IMG/VR virus record: IMGVR_UViG_3300025327_000027
Location: 3,314 to 67,313 of that record
Strand: one strand, 5' to 3'
From: a virus
DNA length: 64,000 bases
Part shown: piece after piece, positions 36,722-46,544 of the stretch
How the letters are laid out: the number at the start of each line of letters is the position of its first letter
Numbering within the stretch: position 1 is the first letter of the stretch
Notes under the pieces: model-generated
What the model saw: only the letters and a program-made list of their open reading frames with translations
What the model was told of the DNA's origin: nothing
Database searches by the model: none
Program-made: the position numbers and the translations under genes

Positions 36722-37356
36722 AAGAGGCCAACGCCGCAACATCGTATTGGGATAACGACTTTCTCGATTCTATCTTCAATGCGCAGTACCGTAAACGCAG
36801 TGCTGAACTCATCATGGCATTCGAAGGCTGGTTCGTATCAGTGGTCACCCGTGATATCACGGCAGAACAGGCCCGCTATGCTTTCCCTGATGGCATGCAG
36901 CGAGTCCAGAAAATGGAGCTTGTTCGATTAGACGGCCGTACGGTGCCAATCCTGCGCTATGAGCGCCACCGGGAATACAACCCGGCATCCAACTCCGGTT
37001 CATCGGGAGAGTCGTACTTACCATCATGGCGACTCCAAGGCAACGGCTTCGTGCTAGAGCCAGCCCCAACCGAGTCCGTTTCCAACGGCCTTCAGTTGGA
37101 GTATGCTGGTATTCCCGTGGCTATAACTACGGAGACAGATTACCTGCACCCAAGCTGGCCCGAACTCTTTGAAGAGCTTCTGATCCTAGATACCGTTGTG
37201 GCATGTTTTGATGCAGAAAGCAACCAGGAGTCAGGTCTTGTTCGTTCAATTCTGCGCCAGCGCATGGAGTGGGAGGAGCAGTTCGAGCGATTCATCGAGC
37301 AGCGTGCAATCAGTACGCAGGAAGTAGAACCGTTCATTGTTTATGAGGATAGTTAA
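36673..37356 (+). CDS. Head-tail adaptor protein
   Basis: About 230 aa, LxxFRxxIR N-terminus, YxxP and LxPxP, upstream of the nozzle gene. Confidence 0.7.
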   Translation: MAKSLGEFRTAIRRYLKEANAATSYWDNDFLDSIFNAQYRKRSAELIMAFEGWFVSVVTRDITAEQARYAFPDGMQRVQKMELVRLDGRTVPILRYERHREYNPASNSGSSGESYLPSWRLQGNGFVLEPAPTESVSNGLQLEYAGIPVAITTETDYLHPSWPELFEELLILDTVVACFDAESNQESGLVRSILRQRMEWEEQFERFIEQRAISTQEVEPFIVYEDS

Positions 37357-37774
37357 TGTTGACAGGGGACGAGAAGAAGGAACGAACGCGTCTTACACGA
37401 TTCAAGTTTCGTGCTAAGAATCCCAATTACGATAAGGAATGGGCAAAGGCCAATCCTAAAAAGATTAAGGACGCACAATCGAAATGGTATAAGGCCAATC
37501 CCGAAAAGTCGCCGTGAAGAACCGAAGAAGGCATTTGAAGGCAGTGTATGGTCTGACGGAAGTTGAATTCAATCAAATAATTGTATATCAACTTGGACGG
37601 TGTGTTATTTGTCAGGACACATTTATTGGTATGCCTCATGTATATCACAATCATTCCACAGGTAGAATACGTGGCCTTCTTTGTGCGCCATGCAATAAAG
37701 GCATTGGTTTACTCAGAGATGATCCAAATCTTATGCGTAAAGCTATTTATTATCTTGAGAAAGAAAGTGTGTAA
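37356..37774 (+). pseudogene. Frameshifted EndoVII homing endonuclease
   Basis: Frame from ATG 37356 stops near 37517; the EndoVII core continues in another frame; DH motif changed to YH. Confidence 0.75.
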
Positions 37775-40311
37775 TGGGTGAACGTTCTCCGTTAGCCTTT
37801 ATAAATTTACTCAATTTTATAGGTTTAAATACTAAGAGCAGCAACGAAGTCAAGCAAGATCTGAGCGTCTCGGAATCGATCAACACTGATTTATTCCGAA
37901 AGTACGGAGCTGTATCGAAGTGCTTTGGTTCTTCCCGAATTCTCAATTCTGTCTATACAGAGACAGGGGTTGCAAAGAAAATTTCATGGCTAGGCTTCTG
38001 GAAGAACACCGCCCTCAATGGTCAGACTGATCGCCAGATACTAGCAGCAGCCGGCACTAAAATCCAGCGAGTCGAAACCAACGGTACGCTAACCCCTCTC
38101 ACAGGCGCAGGTATGAACATCACCGAGACCTGGCTAGAGGGCCGAGTTCACCAGCACCAAAAAGCTGGTGACCTCATGCTAATTACCAATCAGAATCCAG
38201 ATCTGATCGGTGACGGCAACACTCTCATCAAGTACGATGGTCTAGAGATCACACGATGGGGTTTGCTCGGTCCGGGTAACGAATCTAATGTTACCAAGCG
38301 GATCGACACCGTAGGTGGAACTCCGCCTATCGGTCCGAACAACACATGGATTCCAACTAACGGCACTGCCGTGTCCGATCTCACCACCACACGAGACGGC
38401 CAGGCAATCTCGCTAACGAAAACTAACGCTGCCGTAACCAATGCCTACATTGAAGAGTGGATGTCAAGCCCACTGATCGGACATAATAAACACGACAGTG
38501 CCGTGCGCGTGTATGCCTTCATCCCTCTTGGCGAGCTTACAAAGCTTTCGAATGCAGACGCCATCAGCATCCAGATGACATCAGACAGTATGCTGAACGC
38601 AGGCATCACGGTCCCCAACTTCGGTTCGAACTTTTACATTTGGGACATCCCGATCGGTGAACTATTCGAAGGCTGGAACCTCCTGGAACTTGGCTTCAGT
38701 GATGATGAAACGTCCATTGCTTTCGATGAGCATCTGACCATCATTGGTTCCCCAATCATCACCCAGCTTCGTGGTATTCGCCTGGGCTTCAACTCCCGCA
38801 CGGTTGCAACCCTACCCGCAGGCATCCGCTTCAGCCAACTTGAGAGCTTCACCCGAGGCAATGCTACTGTAGCAGCCGGCGCCGCAGGTGCAGTGTTCAA
38901 CAGTGGCGGAACGTTCAGCTACAAAATCACGTTCATTTCAAAGCAGGGCTTCGAGAGTAACGCTGGCCCTCAGACTGCCAACATCCTGACGGTATCAGAC
39001 CTGGCTTCCCTTGAATTAACAGAGATACCAGTATCGGCTGACCCTCAAGTCATCGCGCGCGGTATTTATCGCACTGTTGCAGACGGCAGCCTTTGGATCT
39101 TCGTTGATCGTATTGACGACAACGTTACAACCACATTCAGCGACACTATTTCTGACGAGGCTCTTGGTTCTCTGACTCCACCAGAAGCCGGCGACGTGTC
39201 TTCAGACAACAGCCCGCCACCCCCATTCGCGATCATTAAGTACTGGAAGCGGACAATGTTCGGTGCAGGCGATCCAAGCAATCCAAACTCATTGTTTTGG
39301 TCAAACCCTGATGACGTTGAAGGCTGGCCACAGTTGAACACAGCGGTACTAGACGGCAAGATCACTGCAATCTACGAGACCTACTCGTCTCTAATTGTAG
39401 CCACAGAGCTTGGAATCTGGCAGGTATCAGGCGACAATCCGGACTTCCGTACAGACAAAATCATCACCGGCATCGGTTGTGTAGGCAGAAGAGCGGCAGG
39501 TGAGACTCGCATTGATGGCTGGCAAACGGATCGAGACGGTGTTCGCGTCTATGATGCTAACAACCCCAACAAGATCTCGGAGCCTATTCGCGACAAATTC
39601 GATACATTCAATCACCTCTTCTTTGAGCTTACACATTCTGCTCATAGCAAGAACAACAACTGCATCGTCTTCTGCTTCACTGGGGCGACTCCATACTCCT
39701 ACAACGCAGACAACTACGTCTACCAGTACCCCGTCGATGAGATCGGTCAAGGTTGGTGGTGGCAGCTATCCCTTCCAACCAGCGTGAACATCCTGGACAT
39801 GGAAGAGACCGAAGACGACAACGGTGACTTCCACTTGCTATTCGGTAGTACAGATGGTATGATTTATGAACTGTTCGACAAGAATGCCAAATCCTGGGCT
39901 ACAGCTACAGCCGAGGAATCGATCGTTTGCCGATTTAAGACGAAATGGTTGCGCCTAGGCCAGCTAGGTCAGAACTCTGATGGCGTGAGCGGTCGTGTAT
40001 CCCCACGCCTGATCGAAGCCATCTCAGACGGCGACCCTTGCACATGGAACATCACTATGGAAACAGCCACAGGTCCGAACCAGGCAACGGCTACAGACAG
40101 CAAGACCGTGCCCGTAGTATTCGGCGATAACAATGAGAAGTTGATGCGTTATCCCGTCAAGCACAACTTCCAGCCAGGAGAGTATGTACGTATTACAGCC
40201 GAGCAAAGCACGATTGACATTGACTCAATGCTTCTAGCCTTGAGACTTCTGTTCAAAGTGCAGCCTGGCCAGTTCCCGATCGAATCGGGCGCGTTCAACA
40301 GTGCCTTGTAA
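37774..40311 (+). CDS. Tail nozzle / tail tubular protein B-like
   Basis: 845 aa; LFWS...WP, IGC and ISEPI propeller-type motifs. Confidence 0.8.
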   Translation: MGERSPLAFINLLNFIGLNTKSSNEVKQDLSVSESINTDLFRKYGAVSKCFGSSRILNSVYTETGVAKKISWLGFWKNTALNGQTDRQILAAAGTKIQRVETNGTLTPLTGAGMNITETWLEGRVHQHQKAGDLMLITNQNPDLIGDGNTLIKYDGLEITRWGLLGPGNESNVTKRIDTVGGTPPIGPNNTWIPTNGTAVSDLTTTRDGQAISLTKTNAAVTNAYIEEWMSSPLIGHNKHDSAVRVYAFIPLGELTKLSNADAISIQMTSDSMLNAGITVPNFGSNFYIWDIPIGELFEGWNLLELGFSDDETSIAFDEHLTIIGSPIITQLRGIRLGFNSRTVATLPAGIRFSQLESFTRGNATVAAGAAGAVFNSGGTFSYKITFISKQGFESNAGPQTANILTVSDLASLELTEIPVSADPQVIARGIYRTVADGSLWIFVDRIDDNVTTTFSDTISDEALGSLTPPEAGDVSSDNSPPPPFAIIKYWKRTMFGAGDPSNPNSLFWSNPDDVEGWPQLNTAVLDGKITAIYETYSSLIVATELGIWQVSGDNPDFRTDKIITGIGCVGRRAAGETRIDGWQTDRDGVRVYDANNPNKISEPIRDKFDTFNHLFFELTHSAHSKNNNCIVFCFTGATPYSYNADNYVYQYPVDEIGQGWWWQLSLPTSVNILDMEETEDDNGDFHLLFGSTDGMIYELFDKNAKSWATATAEESIVCRFKTKWLRLGQLGQNSDGVSGRVSPRLIEAISDGDPCTWNITMETATGPNQATATDSKTVPVVFGDNNEKLMRYPVKHNFQPGEYVRITAEQSTIDIDSMLLALRLLFKVQPGQFPIESGAFNSAL

Positions 40312-40389
40312 TACTATGTTAAAATCTATACGTAAGATATTACAGGGCAACGATTTTGACGACTATAGCTAAAATAAGTAGTTACTAAA

Positions 40390-41391
40390 ATGGCAGGTAA
40401 TGTTGGCCGATACCAGATTGGTCGCCCCCTACAGGACGTACGATTACGTAACTGGCCGGCAGGCAAAGTCGCCCAACTGAAGCGGGCTGTTGAGTTGATG
40501 GAAAACGAACTCAACAGTACGATGGCCTCACAGGTTGACCAGGGACAGGCAAGAGTACTCTCACCTAAGGTTCCCGTAGTCACAGGTCTGACCATTCGCG
40601 CTGGATTCAAGAACTTCCTCATCACGTACAATGCAGCCAAGGGTATCCAGGATTTGCTGTTCTACGAGATCCAGAAGGACGCTACCCCTAAGTTCGCGAA
40701 CCCAACCACGTTCACGATCCCGCAGACTACGCTGACCATTCCGACAACTACAGAGCACGAGACGGTCTATTTCCGAGTCCGGGTCATCAACTCTAAGTTC
40801 CAAGTAGGACGATGGTCAAAGACTGCCACTGCCACTGGTAGCAGCAACTTCCGTATCTCCGTAGTACGTCAAGCAAAGCAGGCTGTGCCTTTGACTTGGG
40901 CTACCCGAGACAACTGGTTCAACATGGCTTTCGCTACATATTCGCCAACCGCCGCAAGCATGTGCCTCCACATTCACGCGGGCGTTTGGACGAAGTGTAC
41001 TGCCGTAAAGACTCCAACTACAATGGCGGCCACGACGCAATACATAGTAACGAATACCAACGAAGTGAACTTCCGAATCCTACGTAATGGGGTTGAAATG
41101 ACCAACGTTGGTACTATGAACGTTCAAGGTTCAGCTTCATATCTCCTTCGTGCTGAAGAGGAAGATACTCAGTATCAGCAGGAACGAGAAGAGCAGACTG
41201 ACGTTCACACAATCATTACTCCATTCGAAACCTTCGTAGGCAACGAAGCATCAGTCGTCTATACGCTACAGGCCATGCTAGTAGGTTCAGGTAGCAGCCG
41301 AACAGCGAGCGGCAACGGCGTTGTAACCCTAGACGAAGCAACAGTCGTGATCGATTGTTTCGATGTTGTTGAGATTGTGCAGAGCTTCTAA
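40390..41391 (+). CDS. Tail protein with FN3-like domain (paralog 1)
   Basis: YEIQ...F.NP, YFRVRV...GRWS. Confidence 0.7.
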   Translation: MAGNVGRYQIGRPLQDVRLRNWPAGKVAQLKRAVELMENELNSTMASQVDQGQARVLSPKVPVVTGLTIRAGFKNFLITYNAAKGIQDLLFYEIQKDATPKFANPTTFTIPQTTLTIPTTTEHETVYFRVRVINSKFQVGRWSKTATATGSSNFRISVVRQAKQAVPLTWATRDNWFNMAFATYSPTAASMCLHIHAGVWTKCTAVKTPTTMAATTQYIVTNTNEVNFRILRNGVEMTNVGTMNVQGSASYLLRAEEEDTQYQQEREEQTDVHTIITPFETFVGNEASVVYTLQAMLVGSGSSRTASGNGVVTLDEATVVIDCFDVVEIVQSF

Positions 41392-42791
41392 TGTCAACAT
41401 CAAGTGATCCAAAGATTCCACTACGGGGCATTGCTGCCCTGTTCGATCATCTTGATCCTGGTGTCAAAGCCAAGCTAGCCTCAGCCTTCGGTGAAGCCGA
41501 AGACTTGATGGACTTCCACGCTCTGTCAACGATCGACAAGCAGGATAGACGTAAACTATCTGGATTGATTGCCTCTCCTGTACTTACGACTGCAACGAAC
41601 AACCGGGGCTTCGACGTTTCTTGGCGACGCTTAGATGATCGACGCATTTCATCCTACGAAGTCCAAGTATCGTTCTCAAGCAACTTCTCTAACCCGGACT
41701 CCTACAATATCGTCGATACCTCGCTGTCTCTAGAGGGCATCGGCACTACTGTATACGTGCGCGTACGTGGAGTGCGTTTCAATGGCGACTGCGGTCCTTG
41801 GTCAGACACAGCCACGATCGACGCTTTTGCGACATCAGCCGGTCCTGTAGTCTACACCCGAGGCTTGAACGACATCCCTGCGTTCTACATTGATGGCTCA
41901 GTCCTCTCGGCACCTGGACCTATTCAACATCTTGACGTTACCCCTCAGCGAATCAACGGTGGCATTCTCGTATTTGGTTCTTGCAACAAAACAGCAACAG
42001 TTCGCCTGAATGGTTCGCTGGTTACCAACTCCAATGGTGGAGGTTTCGGTCCAGTCTTCCTCACTCACGGCTCGTTCAACTTCTCAAAGGCAGATAACGT
42101 ATTCCCTAGTGCCGTAGTCAATGCGGGAGCAGGTATCGGCACCTTCACTGGCTGGTCCAACTTGCTCAACGCTGCCGGAACAATGGAAACAGATTACTCT
42201 AACGTTGGTCTAGCTAGCACCGATTACTTCCAAGAGGGTCTCGTACCTGGACAGTCTCTTGCAACCCGATTCCTACGATTGTCAAACTTCGGTCTAGCCG
42301 TTCCAGGAGGTAACACTATTGTAGGTATCGCAGTCACTTTCACTGGTGGATGGTTTGGTGGTGACGTTACAAAGTCTATTCCTTCTTTGCGCGCACTACA
42401 ACTGATTGATGGTGGCACTCCTCGTACCTTCTCACAAACAACTGACTTCCCATGGCCAGGTACGGGCACATTCAACTATACATCACCACCAGCATCGGGG
42501 GCGATTCCATTCGTTACCTTCGGGGGTGTCAACGATCTATGGGGCGAAGTAGCGGGCTTCTGGACGCCTGCCAAGGTCAACGCTGCTAACTTCGGCGTAC
42601 AAGTCCAAGGTCGAGTTCGTCGAAAGTTCAATGACGTCGCAGGCGATCAGCGAATTTGGATGTACGGTATGACTACAGTTGTCTACTCAATCAGTCCTAA
42701 TTTCGTTGCGCATATTAACGTATTCACAGAGGGTCCCCTTTTGAACCTTACTTTGAACGTGATCGAATTTGGAGAGGAACTAGTACTTTAA
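41391..42791 (+). CDS. Tail protein with FN3-like domain (paralog 2, possible receptor binding)
   Basis: YEVQVS..SNFSNP, YVRVRG...GPWS; FGGxxDLWG domain. Confidence 0.7.
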   Translation: MSTSSDPKIPLRGIAALFDHLDPGVKAKLASAFGEAEDLMDFHALSTIDKQDRRKLSGLIASPVLTTATNNRGFDVSWRRLDDRRISSYEVQVSFSSNFSNPDSYNIVDTSLSLEGIGTTVYVRVRGVRFNGDCGPWSDTATIDAFATSAGPVVYTRGLNDIPAFYIDGSVLSAPGPIQHLDVTPQRINGGILVFGSCNKTATVRLNGSLVTNSNGGGFGPVFLTHGSFNFSKADNVFPSAVVNAGAGIGTFTGWSNLLNAAGTMETDYSNVGLASTDYFQEGLVPGQSLATRFLRLSNFGLAVPGGNTIVGIAVTFTGGWFGGDVTKSIPSLRALQLIDGGTPRTFSQTTDFPWPGTGTFNYTSPPASGAIPFVTFGGVNDLWGEVAGFWTPAKVNAANFGVQVQGRVRRKFNDVAGDQRIWMYGMTTVVYSISPNFVAHINVFTEGPLLNLTLNVIEFGEELVL

Positions 42792-43726
42792 TGGACTCGG
42801 TAGTCCCGCGTAACAGTATTCCCTCGATGGCCGCAAAGATGCAGTCTCTTCGAGTTGACGACAAGGCCGAAAAGGCTTTGCTGGTACGCATTGGTACGCT
42901 AATCGATACCATCGTCGAAGCTCAACGTGGTTCAGCTAACGCCCCCGGCAGCATCCCACGTAAGGCCAACGTTAACAACCTAAAGAAGCCTAAGCCTCTA
43001 ACAGGCGCATCGGAAAACATCTTCAATGGCGCTTCGGTCTCGATCGATGCTAGCTCTTCGGCTGTAAATCTCAGCCACTACGAAGCACAGATCGATAGCA
43101 ACTCGAACTTCAACGCTCCTACAACCAAGGAAGTCTTTACAACAGGCACGACTTTCAAGGGTTTGGCTACATCCACGCAGTATCACATTCGCATCCGACC
43201 TGTCACCAAGAACGGCCAGGTAGGTGAATGGGCTATTCTGGATTCCGTACTAACAACGGGTCAGACGGAAGGTGCGGATTTCGACGGAGACAATCTAGGC
43301 TCGGTTGTACTGAGCAAAGCGTTCACCTTCAGTAGCAGCACCCAGGACATCTTCTGTGCGGCTGCGGTAGGGGCAATTGACATCGATGCAACCCATCCCC
43401 CTACAGGTACCAGTGTTGAACACAATCACGTTGCTCTGGATACCGAAGTGGACATCATCGATCGACGAATCGGCGTAACTACGGTAGCTATCGAGGGTAT
43501 CACCCTCGAAGGTATAGCTCTACGACTGTAGGTCCCAATCACAGGCGGAGGCTCGTCTTTTTCAGATATGCGTCTAACCCGAGCCAACCCGATTATCTTT
43601 TTCAACCTCATGCAAGCGGAGACGGGTGTCACCTTCCCGGTGAACTACTCCTTCGACGTACAAATCAGCATTGCTGGCGGTAGTTTCGTCAACAGCGTCA
43701 AAGACGCAGTGTGGGTGCAGTTCTAA
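42791..43726 (+). CDS. Tail protein with FN3-like domain (paralog 3), interrupted by an in-frame TAG at 43529
   Basis: YEAQID..SNF.AP, YHIRIR...GEW; frame stays open for 64 more codons after the TAG, to TAA 43724-43726. Confidence 0.65.
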
Positions 43727-43743
43727 AGGCAACCATCTATACC

Positions 43744-43763
43744 GATAAGGTAAAATAAAGTAG
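43744..43763 (+). promoter_or_regulatory. Promoter motif for the ejection-protein operon
   Basis: GATAAGGTAAAATAAAGTAG. Confidence 0.65.
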
Positions 43764-43787
43764 AATCAACCTTTTCAAAGGAGTATT

Positions 43788-44981
43788 ATGGGTGACGGAC
43801 CATCCGACGCCAATGCCATGCTGCGGTTGAGCAACATTGCCAGCCAGCAGCCAAACGAAATTCGAGAACGACGTACAGCAGCCGAAGATACGCTAGCGGG
43901 CATCACCGCCGATCTTGGCAAGCCCGGCACGTACAGTCTACCTGCGTCCCAAGATCCAAACGCACCCAGCGCTGCCCCAACGTCGCCGACTGCGGATGCG
44001 CCAGACGACTTGTTAACACGAGACAACGTAACCTTCAACCGCAAGGAAGATACAAAGAGGTACGACAAGCTGCTCAAGAAGGGTTACTCTAAGGATCAGG
44101 CTATTGGCATGATCCCTGGTGCCGTTGATAACACTCAGGACAGCATCTTCACAAAGCAAACTACAAAGGCTGAAGGTGCAGGCACAGGCTTCGGTGCAGT
44201 TGGAAAGACTACCAAGTTAGATCCCAACAAGGCTAAGGCCAAGCTAGAAAGCAGCAGCATGTTCCGTCAGGTTAGTCTAATGACGGCTGAGTCGGAACAG
44301 CTGTTGAATCGTACAGGTCCACTGTACGATGAAATGATGAAGAGCACTCAGCTACCGATCATCGAAGGTGCCGCAGCAGCCGCTCGTGAGAACACTGAGA
44401 ATCTTCGCCAGGCTATGGCTCGTGGGGGTGCTGCGCGAACAGCAGCTTTCGCAGCCGTACAGAAGATCCGTGCTCAAAATCAGATCAACGTACAAAAGGG
44501 TCAGGCCCTCGCGCAGGCGCACTTGAACCTAGATATGTGGGCACGAGACAATGCCAAGAACGTAATCAACTTCGCTACCAATTGGGCACAGAACCAAGCA
44601 GGTATTCGCGAGTCGTATCAGAAAGCAATGGACCACGCATCTGACCTGATGTCTGAGAGCGCCCTGCCTTTCATGTTCGCAACCCAGCAGAAGAGCTTCG
44701 AGTACCGACAGATGCACTCAGCAGAGCGCCGAAGCAAAGTTACCAAGTGGGTAAACTTCACCCTTGGTATCGCAGCAGCCGTTGCAACGTACGGTAAGAA
44801 CACCGGTCTACTTGAGCAGGCCAACTCTCAAATCGCTGGCAACAGGGTCGGCTCTTCAGCCTTTGCTGGATCTGATCCAAATGCTCCAACCAGTGCTCTT
44901 GGCACCGCAGATTCAGGCCAGGGAGGTCTATTAACTTCTGACCTCAAAGGCACAAGCGCCTCTTCACTATTCGGACTATAA
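43788..44981 (+). CDS. Internal virion / ejection protein 1
   Basis: A/Q-rich helical protein with a hydrophobic GIAAAVA segment; AAGGAG RBS. Confidence 0.65.
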   Translation: MGDGPSDANAMLRLSNIASQQPNEIRERRTAAEDTLAGITADLGKPGTYSLPASQDPNAPSAAPTSPTADAPDDLLTRDNVTFNRKEDTKRYDKLLKKGYSKDQAIGMIPGAVDNTQDSIFTKQTTKAEGAGTGFGAVGKTTKLDPNKAKAKLESSSMFRQVSLMTAESEQLLNRTGPLYDEMMKSTQLPIIEGAAAAARENTENLRQAMARGGAARTAAFAAVQKIRAQNQINVQKGQALAQAHLNLDMWARDNAKNVINFATNWAQNQAGIRESYQKAMDHASDLMSESALPFMFATQQKSFEYRQMHSAERRSKVTKWVNFTLGIAAAVATYGKNTGLLEQANSQIAGNRVGSSAFAGSDPNAPTSALGTADSGQGGLLTSDLKGTSASSLFGL

Positions 44982-44984
44982 TCC

Positions 44985-46541
44985 ATGCCTAGTGGCTTTT
45001 ACGACGCAAAGAATGTTCCCGACTACGGTGTAGGCGAGATGGGTCAAAACATCCAGAAGGTTACCGCTGCAATCGGCGGCATCTTCCAGGAGCGGTACCA
45101 ACAGAAGCAGTACCAAGACTTCATTGATGGTCCACAGAAGGACTACGAAGCCAAGCTACACCAGGTGCAGGACCTTCTACTAGATGAGACCAACCCTGAA
45201 GGTCCGTCACAGGGCATCAAGATGATGTCTGGTGCACTGTCTACCTACATGGACGAAGCCGGTCGCTACAAGAACAACCCGCTCATCTCTGGTCGCGCAC
45301 AAGCTGCGTTTCAGGGTAACAACTACATGCTTCATCAGATCTTCACATCGAAGATGAATGAAGCCAAGATCGCATATGGCGAAGCTACGACAAAGCGCAT
45401 GAACGTATCGAGCGCTGCGACTGTACAGGAGACTCAGGCACGAACTGGTCTCATCAACGAGCAAACTGCACAACTCAAGGCCGGCAGGATAGGTGTCACA
45501 CCAAGCGGCCGGCTGGGCAAGGCATCTAGTGCCAAGGGTGGCCCCCAGTTCCTCACTGGTGGTCCGGGCATGATCGATCCGAACGCTCCTGCCGATACGC
45601 AGCTTGACCAAGCATACGCCTCAGCTTCCGCCAACCTGACCAACCCTGGGAACAAGGCTCAGCAAGATCAGCGTGCTGCTGAAATGAACGGCATTCGCAA
45701 GAGCCTCGCACAGCAGGATGTCATTGCCCGAGCTGCGCGTGGCGAGCAGCGTGACATCTACGACATACAGTCCGACACTACAAAGCAGGAAGCATGGGAC
45801 CCAACCAACGAGAAGCACATCAGCGAAGCTGAAGCTCTGGTCGATCCTGAGGATGTCAAGAACCGCTACATCTACACCAAGATGCGCGAAGAGCAGCCTC
45901 TCACAATGCCTGGCGTAACGCCGGAGATGATCGACCAGAAGTACGGTTGGATGAAGGACCCTGATCTTGCAAATCCAAACGCACCTGTAACACGCGAGAT
46001 GTCTGAAATCAACGTTGGCAAAGTTCTCCTTGGACAGGACGGTTGGAACGTCCTGACTGATCAGAAGACAAAAAAGGCACCTCTGGACCTTACAGATGCA
46101 GCTAAGAACCTACCCAACGATTTCACCCAGCTACAAGGCCCACTACGCCGAGGTATGGATGCAGCCGTAGGTTCGATGGTTACAGGTACCGTGATGCCAA
46201 AGACCGCAGATGAAGTGAAGGCTCTCATCAAGGCATCGCTCAAGGCCGTCGCTGGTCAGTACATCGGTGGTGGTCATCCGAATGACAAAGTACACCCCGG
46301 TGTTCTCAAGAGCCGTTATGCAGCAGCTAAGTTTGTCGATGCTATAGCCGACAAGTACAGCGAGAGCATCGCCGAGCGGCTTGGCTTGAATCAGGGTAAG
46401 GCAAAGGCAGAGGAGCCAAAGAGCGGCTTCAATCTTCCAACAAAGCTTCTTCGCGAGTACACCCCACTCGGCGACCTAGAAGACATTCTCGGCGGTGCAG
46501 CCGAAGTAGGTAAGAGCCTACTAGGTAAATTGCAAGAATAA
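44985..46541 (+). CDS. Internal virion / ejection protein 2
   Basis: 518-aa helical protein, middle of a small-medium-large triplet. Confidence 0.65.
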   Translation: MPSGFYDAKNVPDYGVGEMGQNIQKVTAAIGGIFQERYQQKQYQDFIDGPQKDYEAKLHQVQDLLLDETNPEGPSQGIKMMSGALSTYMDEAGRYKNNPLISGRAQAAFQGNNYMLHQIFTSKMNEAKIAYGEATTKRMNVSSAATVQETQARTGLINEQTAQLKAGRIGVTPSGRLGKASSAKGGPQFLTGGPGMIDPNAPADTQLDQAYASASANLTNPGNKAQQDQRAAEMNGIRKSLAQQDVIARAARGEQRDIYDIQSDTTKQEAWDPTNEKHISEAEALVDPEDVKNRYIYTKMREEQPLTMPGVTPEMIDQKYGWMKDPDLANPNAPVTREMSEINVGKVLLGQDGWNVLTDQKTKKAPLDLTDAAKNLPNDFTQLQGPLRRGMDAAVGSMVTGTVMPKTADEVKALIKASLKAVAGQYIGGGHPNDKVHPGVLKSRYAAAKFVDAIADKYSESIAERLGLNQGKAKAEEPKSGFNLPTKLLREYTPLGDLEDILGGAAEVGKSLLGKLQE

Positions 46542-46544
46542 TCA

